Part shown: piece after piece, positions 9,509 through 19,126 of the stretch | How the letters are laid out: each line of letters opens with the position of its first letter | Position numbering within the stretch: the first letter of the stretch is position 1 | NCBI GenBank assembly: GCA_964512685.1 | Contig: CAZEJW010000004.1 | Location: forward strand, 3,398-67,397 | DNA: 64,000 nt | Direction of reading: 5' to 3' | From: an uncultured Leptospirales bacterium | GTDB taxonomy: Bacteria > Spirochaetota > UBA4802 > UBA5550 | Made by a program: the position numbers and the translations under genes | The notes under the pieces: generated by a model | What the model saw: the letters and a program-made list of their open reading frames with translations, nothing else | Database searches by the model: none | Told to the model about the DNA's origin: nothing

Positions 9509-10792
9509 TTACTGCTGTTTTTCATCCTTCGGGGAAATGTTATTAGTACTTTCAGTTTTATTCTCTGCGGCTTCTTCATCCTTCTGAATAATTATCTGTT
9601 CATTTGATTCAGGCAGAGATCTTTTTATGCAAATAAGAATTATATCTTCCTGGTTTGGAGTATAGTTTGTAAATTCAAAAAGTGCATTCGACAGAGAGTG
9701 TACGATATTAACAGATGACTGCGTCTTCTCCTCAAGAAATTTTTCAATCATTTTCTCTTCACCAAAGAGTGTCCTGCCGTCTTCAGATGATGCTTCTGTA
9801 AATCCCTTTGTGTAATACAAGAGCATGTCTCCTTGTCCAAGAACGAGAGATATGTCTTTGTAGAAATTTCTTTTTGCAAGGAGTCTTCCTACATTTGTAT
9901 CTCTTAGATTTACATAACCCCTTTTCCCAAGATTGTAAAAAACGGTGGTCAGTTCTCCATAGGAGGAAATCATGGTTTTGCCTGTTCTTGTGTTTATCTG
10001 ATAAATCGTCAGAAAAACAAGCGAGTGGATTCCTGATATGACATTTTTGAGTTTTGTATTTATAGCTTCAATGAGTTGAGAGGGTACCATCTTCCTTGAT
10101 GCTTCTGAACGAACGAGAGTTCTTATTGCTGCTCCTGTAAATGATGCAGCTGCATCGTATCCTCCAACATGGCAGGCAACGATCTGATATGTTGTGTCGT
10201 CAATATAAAGCCCATCAACAAAGTTTCCTGTCATGAGATCAGCAGGCAGGAAGACTGAAGAAATATCGAAATTCTTTACTGCATTGAATTTTGGAAAAAG
10301 TTTTGCCTGCATCTCTCTCATTTTTTCAATCTGTATTTTATGTTTGCCGATTTCATCTGTTGCTATACTGTCAGCGGTGGTCCTTGCTTCCCTGTAGGCT
10401 TCAGCTGTTATATCACTGAAGAACCGGAGTATTTTAATATCCTTCTCTGAAGTTTTTCCCCTGGAGAGGAAAATAAAAACCAGGGCTTCTTCATCCGACA
10501 TAATAAAAGAGAATAGAGATAGAAATGCTTTTTCATCATTATGCCTGATTTCAATTACATTCAATTTTTTTTCAAGTGCTTCACTTACCTTATCTTCAAT
10601 ACTCTCAAATTCAATTTTTATACTGCTGTCTGAAGGTGAAACAAAATCAAGGGTTTTGTAATCCAGGGCACGTCTGTGCATAATCAGATAACACTCAATT
10701 GCTGTTTCACTGAAAAGATTATTAAAACTGTTTTTTATTTTTTTTGTAAGAGTGCTTTCATTCATTTTGATAGCTTCGCCTGTAATGGCCAT
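9509..10792 (-). CDS. PP2C-family (SpoIIE/RsbU-like) serine phosphatase with an uncharacterised N-terminal domain
   Basis: 427 aa. The C-terminal ~230 aa carries 'LPADLMTGNFVDG', 'HVGGYDAAASFTG' and 'GDMLLYYTKGFTE', typical of the SpoIIE phosphatase domain. Confidence 0.75.
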   Translation of the reverse strand: MAITGEAIKMNESTLTKKIKNSFNNLFSETAIECYLIMHRRALDYKTLDFVSPSDSSIKIEFESIEDKVSEALEKKLNVIEIRHNDEKAFLSLFSFIMSDEEALVFIFLSRGKTSEKDIKILRFFSDITAEAYREARTTADSIATDEIGKHKIQIEKMREMQAKLFPKFNAVKNFDISSVFLPADLMTGNFVDGLYIDDTTYQIVACHVGGYDAAASFTGAAIRTLVRSEASRKMVPSQLIEAINTKLKNVISGIHSLVFLTIYQINTRTGKTMISSYGELTTVFYNLGKRGYVNLRDTNVGRLLAKRNFYKDISLVLGQGDMLLYYTKGFTEASSEDGRTLFGEEKMIEKFLEEKTQSSVNIVHSLSNALFEFTNYTPNQEDIILICIKRSLPESNEQIIIQKDEEAAENKTESTNNISPKDEKQQ

Positions 10793-11070
10793 AAATTGTT
10801 TGTTGTTTAATAACAGCCTGTCAGTTGAGAATAGTACAGTATGCCATAGTTGTCAATCATTAAGAACTGTCTTTGGGTTATACAAATTGAATTTTTCTTT
10901 TTGGTACTCTTGACTGAGTTTGAAACCGGTCTATACTCTATAAAGGGACCGGGTTCTCTTCCCTGATTTTATTTATTTCTTTTGGTAATAGAAAAGTCCG
11001 GTAAGAATTTTTTTACACTTATTTCAGGAAGCTTAGAGGTTTTAAATACATTTATGATAATGGAGGGCAT

Positions 11071-14000
11071 ATGTTTGAAGGTAAAAAGATGGTATCAATT
11101 GACGGAAATATGGCAGCTGCATATATATCCTATGCGTTTACAGAGGTCGCGGCAATTTATCCAATAACACCTTCTTCTCCTATGGCTGAACATATTGATG
11201 AGTGGTCTTCAGAGGGTGAAGTTAATATATTCGGTGAGAGAGCCAGGGTTATTGAGATGCAGTCTGAGGGCGGTGCTTCGGGTGCTGTTCATGGGTCTCT
11301 CCAGGCCGGGGCTCTTACATCCACATATACTGCATCTCAGGGCCTGCTTCTAATGCTTCCCAATATGTATAAAATTGCAGGAGAATTACTGCCTGCTGTT
11401 TTTCATGTAAGCGCACGTTCATTATCAATACAGGCTTTGTCTATTTTTGGTGATCACTCAGATGTTTACGCAACAAGACAGACCGGCTTTGCTCTTCTGG
11501 CGAGCGGTTGTGTTCAGGAGGTAATGGATCTCGGAGCCATCGCTCATCTTGCAGCGATTCATTCCCGCGTTCCGTTTCTTCATTTTTTTGACGGATTCAG
11601 GACGTCTCATGAAATAAATAAGATATCTCTTGTTGAATTCGATGATGTCAGGAGACTTGTTAATTATGATACTCTGGATGATTTTAGAAATTCTGCATTG
11701 AATCCCTCAAAGCCTGTTACGCGCGGGACAGCTCAGAACCCGGATATTTATTTTCAAAGCAGGGAGGTTATCAATACATTTTATGATGCAGTCCCTGATA
11801 TTGTCGCTGAATACATGACAAAGTTAGGAGATATTACCGGAAGATATTACCGGCCCTTTGATTATTATGGCCATCCTGAGGCAGAGAGAATTATCGTTGC
11901 AATGGGCTCTGTTACTGAAACAATCAAAGAGACAATAGATTATTATCTCGCTAAGGATGAAAAGATAGGCCTTGTTAGCGTGCATTTATACAGGCCTTTT
12001 TCAGAGAAATATCTTTTTGAGGTGATGCCGGACACCGTTAAGCGAATTGCTGTTCTTGACAGAACAAAGGAGTCAGGCGCAAACGGTGAACCGCTTTATC
12101 TTGATATTCGAAACGCTTTTTATGCTGCTGATGTGAAGCCGGTTATTGTTGGCGGAAGATATGGGCTTGGCTCAAAGGATACAACGCCATCACAGATCGC
12201 TGCTGTTTATACTAATCTTGCAATGGAAGAACCTAAAAATGATTTTACTATTGGAATAATTGATGATATCACTTTTAAATCGCTTCCTGAGGATGAAGAA
12301 ATTTACTCGGTTCCCGATGGCACTTATGCGGCAAAATTCTGGGGACTTGGATCAGACGGTACCGTAGGCGCAAATAAAAATTCAATCAAGATTATTGGGG
12401 ATACAACGGATTATTACACTCAGGGATACTTTTCTTATGATTCAAAAAAATCAGGCAGTGTAACCATTTCACATCTCAGATTCGGAACGAGCCCGATCAG
12501 ATCTACATATCTGATAAAAATGCCGGATTTCGTTGCCTGCCATGTTCCCTCTTATATCAGTAAGTATGATGTTTTGAATGGGCTGAAGCCCGGAGGTATT
12601 TTTTTGCTGAACACTCTATGGGATGCTGATGAAATAAAGAAAAAAATTCCTGATTCTATGAAGAAGTATCTTGCAGGCAATGATATAAATTTTTATATCA
12701 TTAATGCAACAGCTATTGCTGAAGATGTAGGACTATCCGGCAGGATAAATACTATAATGCAGGCGGCATTTTTTAAGCTAGCTGATATTATTCCGTATGA
12801 GAAGGCTGAGTACAGGATGAAGAAGGCGGTCAAGGATACCTACGAAAGAAAAGGAGAGAAAATTCTCAATGCTAATTATGCGGCTATTGACAGGGGTATC
12901 TCCGGTCTGGTCAGGGTTAATATTCCGGCAGAATGGAAAAAAATAAAACCGCACGAAGCAAAGGATGAAAGGGAACTTCCGTGGTTTGTCAAAAACATCG
13001 CAGAACCGATGAACCGTTTCGAGGGTGATCTTCTGCCCTTGAGTGTTTTTAAGGATATGCCGGATGGTACATTCCCTCCTGGAAGCACTGCATATGAAAA
13101 GAGAGGTATTGCGGTTAACGTACCGGAGTGGCAGGCAGACAATTGTATTCAATGCAATAAGTGTTCTTTTGTATGCCCTCATGCGGTCATCAGGCCTTTC
13201 CTTCTGGATGAAAGGGAGGCTAAAAGGGTTCCGGAGGGGACTGAACTGGTTGACGCTAAAGGGAAGGGGTTCGAAGATCTTCTGTACAGGATACAGGTGA
13301 GTGTCCTTGACTGTACCGGATGCGGCAACTGTGCTTTTATCTGTCCGGCAAAAGAGAAGGCCTTGATAATGAAACCTTTGCAATCTCAAATGAATGAGGC
13401 TGAAAGATGGGAGTACATGAATTCGAATGTCACTTACAAGCCATATATAATTTCAAAGACAACGGTGAAGGGCAGTCAGTTCGCCAGGCCGTTGTTTGAA
13501 TTTTCCGGTGCATGTGCTGGATGTGGTGAAACACCGTATATAAAACTCGTAACACAGCTTTTTGGTGACAGGATGATGATTGCGAACGCTACCGGGTGTT
13601 CGTCTATCTATGGAGGATCAGCCCCTGCAACACCTTATACCGTAAATGATGAGGGATGCGGACCGGCATGGGCGAGTTCTCTTTTCGAGGATAATGCTGA
13701 ATATGGACTTGGAATGAAAACCGGTGTTGATCAGATCAGGAGAAGGATTATCGTACTGGCGCGAAACATGATGGGAACGGATTGTTCATCCGAGCTTCAT
13801 AGAGTACTCAATGAATGGATTGCTGCGCGTCAGGATCCCGAACGGTCAAGGGAATTATCACACAGACTCATCCCCCTGCTTGAAAGATCTGAAAGCCCTG
13901 AGGCGGCTGAGATTCTGAAACTCAGGGATTACCTTGCCAAGAGGTCTGTCTGGATTATTGGTGGTGACGGATGGGCTTATGACATTGGTTATGGTGGCCT

Positions 14001-14607
14001 GGATCATGTACTCGCTTCAGGAGAAGATGTAAATATCCTTGTGCTGGATACAGAGGTTTATTCAAATACCGGAGGTCAGTCTTCAAAGGCAACACCGGCT
14101 TCTGCTGTGGCAAAATTCGCAAATGCAGGAAAACGGGTAGGTAAAAAAGATCTTGGAATGATGGCAATGGCCTATGGCTATGTATATGTAGCTCAGGTTG
14201 CAATGGGAGCAAACCAGGCTCAGTATATCAAGGCACTGGTAGAAGCTGAGGAATACAGAGGTCCTTCCCTTATTATTGCATATTGTCCCTGTATAACACA
14301 TGGCATATATACCGGAATGGGAACAAGTCAGGAAGAGGAAAGAAAGGCAGTTGAGGCAGGATACTGGTTCCTTTACAGGTATAATCCTCTGCTTGAAAAA
14401 CAGGGCCAGAATCCTTTTCAGATAGATTCAAAAGAACCTGACTGGAATAAATTTTATGATTATCTCATGGGTGAGGTCAGGTATACTTCTCTTGATTCAG
14501 GATTCCCGGAGGTATCAAAGAAGCTCTACAGTTCTGCCGAAAGAGATGCAAAATGGAAGTACAGGAGGTATAAACTCCTGGCGGGAATAGATACCTCCGT
14601 TGGGTGA
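11071..14607 (+). CDS. nifJ: pyruvate:ferredoxin (flavodoxin) oxidoreductase, single-polypeptide type
   Basis: 1178 aa. 'AIYPITPSSPMAE', two ferredoxin motifs 'CIQCNKCSFVCP' and 'CTGCGNCAFICP', and TPP site 'IIGGDGWAYDIGYGG'. GGAGGG SD at 11062-11067. Confidence 0.96.
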   Translation: MFEGKKMVSIDGNMAAAYISYAFTEVAAIYPITPSSPMAEHIDEWSSEGEVNIFGERARVIEMQSEGGASGAVHGSLQAGALTSTYTASQGLLLMLPNMYKIAGELLPAVFHVSARSLSIQALSIFGDHSDVYATRQTGFALLASGCVQEVMDLGAIAHLAAIHSRVPFLHFFDGFRTSHEINKISLVEFDDVRRLVNYDTLDDFRNSALNPSKPVTRGTAQNPDIYFQSREVINTFYDAVPDIVAEYMTKLGDITGRYYRPFDYYGHPEAERIIVAMGSVTETIKETIDYYLAKDEKIGLVSVHLYRPFSEKYLFEVMPDTVKRIAVLDRTKESGANGEPLYLDIRNAFYAADVKPVIVGGRYGLGSKDTTPSQIAAVYTNLAMEEPKNDFTIGIIDDITFKSLPEDEEIYSVPDGTYAAKFWGLGSDGTVGANKNSIKIIGDTTDYYTQGYFSYDSKKSGSVTISHLRFGTSPIRSTYLIKMPDFVACHVPSYISKYDVLNGLKPGGIFLLNTLWDADEIKKKIPDSMKKYLAGNDINFYIINATAIAEDVGLSGRINTIMQAAFFKLADIIPYEKAEYRMKKAVKDTYERKGEKILNANYAAIDRGISGLVRVNIPAEWKKIKPHEAKDERELPWFVKNIAEPMNRFEGDLLPLSVFKDMPDGTFPPGSTAYEKRGIAVNVPEWQADNCIQCNKCSFVCPHAVIRPFLLDEREAKRVPEGTELVDAKGKGFEDLLYRIQVSVLDCTGCGNCAFICPAKEKALIMKPLQSQMNEAERWEYMNSNVTYKPYIISKTTVKGSQFARPLFEFSGACAGCGETPYIKLVTQLFGDRMMIANATGCSSIYGGSAPATPYTVNDEGCGPAWASSLFEDNAEYGLGMKTGVDQIRRRIIVLARNMMGTDCSSELHRVLNEWIAARQDPERSRELSHRLIPLLERSESPEAAEILKLRDYLAKRSVWIIGGDGWAYDIGYGGLDHVLASGEDVNILVLDTEVYSNTGGQSSKATPASAVAKFANAGKRVGKKDLGMMAMAYGYVYVAQVAMGANQAQYIKALVEAEEYRGPSLIIAYCPCITHGIYTGMGTSQEEERKAVEAGYWFLYRYNPLLEKQGQNPFQIDSKEPDWNKFYDYLMGEVRYTSLDSGFPEVSKKLYSSAERDAKWKYRRYKLLAGIDTSVG

Positions 14608-16356
14608 TCATGGTTTGATTATGTCGATTTGTTTTAATGTGTCTTTATCGAGAACCATTATTTGCCTGTCTTTTCTGTTAATGTATATGTATTTTTCATA
14701 AAAGGTGATAAATGTGTTCTCGTTTATTTCATTGTCTGATTTTGCAGTCAGTTTTAGTTCTGTATCGAATCTTCCGAGATAGTGTTTCCCATTGTCATAT
14801 AGTATCGCAAAAATGGAATTACCTCTAATCTCAACGAAGCTTCTCCAGAATATGTTATCAGAACCGTTTCCTGTCGGCTTGAGTGTTTTTCTGTCCAGTA
14901 GAGTCAATCTGTGGCCTGAGGTGTGACTGCCTCTATGGGTTATTACTATTATTCCTTCAGAGAAAATATCATATCTTCTGCCGCATATGTTTTGTTCCGG
15001 TGATTTGAAAAGTATTTTTCTTGTTGCAGGATCAATCATACACATCTCGTTGTTGTAATGACCGCCTTCAAGATATTCTTTTATTTTGAGGTAATAGAAC
15101 ATGTTTGCGTAAATAGTTTCTTCTTTGGCGGTTTCTTTGATTTTATCCTCGCGTCTGTCGAGTTCCTTTTCTTTTATTTTCAGCTCCTGTTCTTTTTCTT
15201 TGAGTTCACGTTTTGCTTTTGAAGGTTCTTTTTCAATGTCTTTTGCTATTTCATCGTCCCGAATTTCCCTGCGGTCCTCTTCTATATCCTTTTGTTTTTC
15301 AGCTAACTTTTGTTCTTTGTCTGCAGCATCTTTTTTTGTTTTGTCAAGTGAATCTTCCTTTTCAGAGGTTTCCTCTTTTTTCAATTTTACAGCTTCTTCA
15401 TCCTTGATAATTTTATCTTCTTTTGATTCTAATTTTCTTTCTTTTTCAGCAATTTTTTTCTCAGCAGATTTTCTTTTCCCGGGTTCTTTTATGTCTTTGA
15501 TTCTGGCTTTTTCTTTTTGAATTTCTTTTCTCTTTTCACTTATTTCAGTCTTCTCCTTTGCGATTCTTTTCTCTTCTTTACGGGTTTCCTTTTTTATTTC
15601 TCTGAGTTTTTTTTCTTCTTCTTTGATTTTATTTTTTTCATTCTCGAGGTTTTTCTTTTCTTCTTCTGCTTTTTCTTTTTTTAACTCAAGGATCTGTTTC
15701 CGTTCCGGGATTACAGTTTTGTCTTTTCTTGCAGTTCTTCTGGTTTCTTTATCTGCAATTGCAAAAGGATCGACTATTCTGTTTCGAACATCTTCATCGG
15801 TAAGAGGAATGAGAATCTTTGTATTTCCTGGCCAGTCCGAATATTTTCGTGCAATACCGGCATTGCTTTTTTTGATTTTTTTCAGAATTATAGTTTTGTA
15901 TCTTTTACTGAAATAATTAATATCTCCCCTGTGAATTGCATTGTAATATACTGTAAAAAGTGCAAGGGAATCCGCTTCTTTTTTTGAGTATTTATATATT
16001 CTCATCAGATATGCCGAAATGATTCTTCTTACGTTTTTGATATGGTCAACACTTGCTTCGCGATCTATAGAAAAAATATCAGCTGAATATTTTTTTGGTT
16101 CTTCTTTCCCGATTGCTCTGTATATTGAATATTTCATGTGATATCTGAATATGCTGTTTGGCCCGCGTTTTATCGCTCCATTTGCCAGTCTGGTTCCTAT
16201 TGCGTAGATTTCTTTTAATGGATCGATCTTTTTGTTTTTGCCTTTGTAATTGATAAAGTCGACTTTTTTGGTTTTAATCTCATTTACATCAACCTCAAGG
16301 CCCATCGCCGGGCAAATCAATGTGATTATTAATAATAAAACCGTTAATTTTTTCAT
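14608..16356 (-). CDS. secreted P83/100-family-like protein with a Lys/Glu-rich coiled-coil centre
   Basis: 582 aa with a signal peptide. From memory, these segments resemble the Borrelia P83/100 antigen: N-terminal 'DFINYKG', 'FSIDREASVDHIKNVRRIISAYL', 'YYNAIHRGDINYF', 'NAGIARKYSDWPGNTKILIPL', and C-terminal 'YIYINRKDRQIMVLDKDTLK'. The central ~200 aa is a KE-rich repeat. Confidence 0.55.
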   Translation of the reverse strand: MKKLTVLLLIITLICPAMGLEVDVNEIKTKKVDFINYKGKNKKIDPLKEIYAIGTRLANGAIKRGPNSIFRYHMKYSIYRAIGKEEPKKYSADIFSIDREASVDHIKNVRRIISAYLMRIYKYSKKEADSLALFTVYYNAIHRGDINYFSKRYKTIILKKIKKSNAGIARKYSDWPGNTKILIPLTDEDVRNRIVDPFAIADKETRRTARKDKTVIPERKQILELKKEKAEEEKKNLENEKNKIKEEEKKLREIKKETRKEEKRIAKEKTEISEKRKEIQKEKARIKDIKEPGKRKSAEKKIAEKERKLESKEDKIIKDEEAVKLKKEETSEKEDSLDKTKKDAADKEQKLAEKQKDIEEDRREIRDDEIAKDIEKEPSKAKRELKEKEQELKIKEKELDRREDKIKETAKEETIYANMFYYLKIKEYLEGGHYNNEMCMIDPATRKILFKSPEQNICGRRYDIFSEGIIVITHRGSHTSGHRLTLLDRKTLKPTGNGSDNIFWRSFVEIRGNSIFAILYDNGKHYLGRFDTELKLTAKSDNEINENTFITFYEKYIYINRKDRQIMVLDKDTLKQIDIIKP

Positions 16357-16519
16357 TTCAGCCTCCGGAAGATAAGGATATATTATAATAAATCATAATT
16401 CCATAAAATAATTTTTGTATTATAAAATAAATCCAACAGCTGGTGAAAGGGCAGTGTATTCTAAACGAACCGTAAAAACTGTTGGCTGCTCGGTTGTAAT
16501 TTACACAGGTATTATTAAC

Positions 16520-17185
16520 TTATATCATAGAAAAATATTGTGCAATGATGTTGAAGTTTTTTTCTATATTTACCTTTCCGGTAATTATGTTTGTGTGCCC
16601 GGGCAGAAGATATTCGATGTTATATTCAGAAATTTTTTTTATGCTTTCAATAAGCTGCCTGGGATTTCCCCCGGGAAAGTCCACTCTGCCAAAACTCATT
16701 TCAAACACCAGGTCACCGCAAAACATGGCTTTTTTATCTTTCCAGTAAATGCATACTGAACCTGGAGAATGTCCGGGAGTATGGATGATTTCGAGTTCGG
16801 TATTATTGACATTCCAGATTCCTTCGTTAAGTGGAATATTGTATTCTATCTCTGGAAAATCCATGCCTAACATGTTTGCAAATTCAGGACCAAATTGTTC
16901 TATAAAGGAGATTTCATCCTTATACATTGCAATCTTGACATCTTCTCTGTTGTTGAAGTGGACTGATCCTTCATAATGGTCGGGGTGACCGTGTGTATTC
17001 ACAACGTATTTTATATCATCTGGATTGAGTCCGTCCTTTTTCATATTATCAAAAAGAAGATCAACATAATTTTTTAATCCAGGATCAATAAGGATATTCA
17101 GCGGTTCTGCAAGGTAGAATGTGTTGCAGTTATTTTCAAACATGCCTTTCCATATATATGCATATATTCCATCAGTAACTTTCAT
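16520..17185 (-). CDS. MBL-fold metallo-hydrolase (glyoxalase II-like)
   Basis: 221 aa. 'HTHGHPDH' HxHxDH motif and 'HTPGHSPGS'. Confidence 0.85.
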   Translation of the reverse strand: MKVTDGIYAYIWKGMFENNCNTFYLAEPLNILIDPGLKNYVDLLFDNMKKDGLNPDDIKYVVNTHGHPDHYEGSVHFNNREDVKIAMYKDEISFIEQFGPEFANMLGMDFPEIEYNIPLNEGIWNVNNTELEIIHTPGHSPGSVCIYWKDKKAMFCGDLVFEMSFGRVDFPGGNPRQLIESIKKISEYNIEYLLPGHTNIITGKVNIEKNFNIIAQYFSMI

Positions 17186-17237
17186 GGTTTTCTCCTGAAC
17201 GATTTTTGAAAAATTTTTCAGGAGAAAACCATGAAAG
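17179..17237 (-). promoter_or_regulatory. 21-bp perfect inverted repeat sequestering the SD and ATG of the MBL gene
   Basis: Arm 17179-17199 contains the AGGAGA SD, the ATG at 17185 and the first two codons in the minus-strand mRNA. It is the exact reverse complement of 17217-17237. The loop is 17 nt. Confidence 0.6.
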
Positions 17238-17372
17238 CAAGCAAAATTTTATAATATTTACTGCGATGATTTAGAATTGAATTAATATTGAATCGAGGTA
17301 TGTAATTTGCAGGAGAATGATCCTGAAAAATGATTGACCAGTTTTGGTGTTTGAAAATACTAGTAAAATAAA

Positions 17373-17445
17373 GCCAGCTTAGCTCAGTTGGTAGAGCATG
17401 TCACTCGTAATGACAAGGCCGCCGGTTCGATTCCGGCAGCTGGCT
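17373..17445 (+). tRNA. tRNA-Thr (anticodon CGU)
   Basis: Folded by hand into a cloverleaf: acceptor gccagct/agctggc, D-arm gctc/gagc, anticodon stem tgtca/tgaca with loop ctCGTaa, T-arm gccgg-ttcgatt-ccggc. No encoded CCA. Confidence 0.92.
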
Positions 17446-17504
17446 CATGCTGAGGGAAATTTCTAAATTTTTTTGAAAAAAAATAATAATAATGACTATT
17501 TCTG

Positions 17505-17534
17505 TTGACAGGTTTTATGTAATGGAATTATATG
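17505..17534 (+). promoter_or_regulatory. sigma-70-like promoter for the 5S gene (TTGACA, 17-18 nt spacer, TTATAT/TATATG)
   Basis: Perfect -35 at 17505-17510, with an AT-rich -10 candidate at 17528-17534, about 25 nt before the 5S 5' end. Confidence 0.45.
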
Positions 17535-17560
17535 TCATTCAATAACAGAGAAAATAATTT

Positions 17561-17679
<119 letters not shown>

Positions 17680-17694
17680 AAAAATATAAAAAAT

Positions 17695-17715
17695 GGGCGA
17701 TTGCGCCTTTTTTTT
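17695..17715 (+). terminator. short intrinsic terminator after 5S (ggcg-attg-cgcc followed by T8)
   Basis: GC stem with a tetraloop followed by 'tttttttt'. Confidence 0.6.
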
Positions 17716-18065
17716 ATGCCCAAATTTTATAGTACAATATTTAAAACAGTATTAAGCATGTAGCTGACAGTAGCAATCCCTTCGGTTAATATTAACCCCC
17801 AGAAAATATTTATGAATATAAGCTTAAAGGCCATCCTTGAATAATAGAATGGTTGATTAGTACATATGTCATACAAGCAAGAATCTCAACGAAAACCATT
17901 TTTCAGGGCTGTGTAAAAACTGAATTACGGAAAACTGTCATGTGGAAGGGTATATACCTTGTTCTTCTCATAATCAAATGGTTTATTGTTGTGTTTTGTT
18001 CTGTTCAATTAATCGATTGACTTAAAATATTCAGTCGGTAGTGGTGGAAAAAAAATGGAAATTTT

Positions 18066-18878
18066 ATGAAACTTCACACATGTGTATTGGCCAGTACGAG
18101 TGCAGGCAACTGTACTCTGGTATGGGATTCTACTAACGCTATTATGATTGATTGCGGACTGAATCCTTCATATACTGAGAAAGAAATGAAAAAACTCAGG
18201 CTTGATTACACTAATCTTTCAGGCGTTCTTCTAACACATCTTCATTCAGATCATGTAAATGATAATATGCTGAATAGAATTATTCAGAACCAGGTACCAC
18301 TTATATGTCATTCAGATTTAAAAAAGCATTTTATCTGTAATTATAAATCAGCTTCAGTAGCCGACCAGATGAATCTTCTGAAAACTTTTGGAAATGAATG
18401 GTTTCTTCTGGATAATTTCGGAATTCAGGGATTCAGATTAAGGCATGATTCACCGGGAGGATGTTTCGGATATAAAATATATAAAAAAATTGATAACGTT
18501 ACCAGAAAGCTAACAATAGCAACGGATACGGGATTCCCTGGAGAAGACGTTATTAGAAACTTTTACGATTCTGATGTAATCATTGTGGAGTCGAACCACA
18601 ATGTTGAAATGCTCGAAAACTCAGGAAGACCTCTCTGGCTTCAAAAAAGAATCCGTAATGCTCATATGTCTAATGAGGAATGCTCCAGAGTAATTGATTT
18701 GGTAGTTTCATTTTCAACACGAAAACTTAAAAAGGTAATTCTCGCACATTTAAGTGATGACTGCAATACTCCCGAACTGGCATTAGGGGCAGTTCGTAAA
18801 AGGATTGAGAATAACGCTGGTGATTTCGAAATTTTACTTTCATATAAAAATATACCAAGTGAAAAAGTGAGTCTTTGA
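18066..18878 (+). CDS. MBL-fold metallo-hydrolase, YycJ/WalJ-like
   Basis: 270 aa. 'LLTHLHSDHVN', 'TDTGF', 'VESNHNVEML', 'AHLSDDCNTPELA'. Confidence 0.8.
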   Translation: MKLHTCVLASTSAGNCTLVWDSTNAIMIDCGLNPSYTEKEMKKLRLDYTNLSGVLLTHLHSDHVNDNMLNRIIQNQVPLICHSDLKKHFICNYKSASVADQMNLLKTFGNEWFLLDNFGIQGFRLRHDSPGGCFGYKIYKKIDNVTRKLTIATDTGFPGEDVIRNFYDSDVIIVESNHNVEMLENSGRPLWLQKRIRNAHMSNEECSRVIDLVVSFSTRKLKKVILAHLSDDCNTPELALGAVRKRIENNAGDFEILLSYKNIPSEKVSL

Positions 18879-19126
18879 TATATGATTCCTTTTCTATGGA
18901 GCCAAAGATTGACCGGCTGCGCTGATTTTTTTTGAAAATTCTATAATCTTGACAAAATCTTAAGATATGTTTTTATGTTCAAGAAATTATAGTTTTCGGT
19001 ATTGATATGGTTGTATGGTGCTGCCTCTGGCGGTACCATACAACCATATTGAATGTCAGATGCAGGATGTATGGTTGGGGAAGTGATAATTGTTTCCCGC
19101 TTTTATCTCAAGAATTGGAGGTTCTA

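Noticed and set aside
17373-17445. tRNA-Thr as an integration site for a genomic island (the downstream MBL, lipase and foldase genes)
   Set aside because: I found no integrase or recombinase, no direct repeat of the tRNA 3' end downstream, and no mobility genes in the window.
17730-17743. Exact 14-nt repeat 'TAGTACAATATTTA' shared with 27585-27598
   Set aside because: In 64 kb of AT-rich sequence, several exact 14-mers of this composition are expected by chance. The flanks do not extend the match.
19007-19126. Long N-terminal extensions suggested by the ORF track
   Set aside because: This covers lipase 19007, polyferredoxin 25159, SDR 31855, acyl-ligase 32652, DsbC-like 36740, ATP-grasp 42582, HK 43093, RR 44669, 55299 and 57544. 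In each case an internal ATG with a good SD and/or a signal peptide fits better. The extension also overlaps the upstream gene, a terminator hairpin (36718-36760, 42550-42580) or a non-coding leader.
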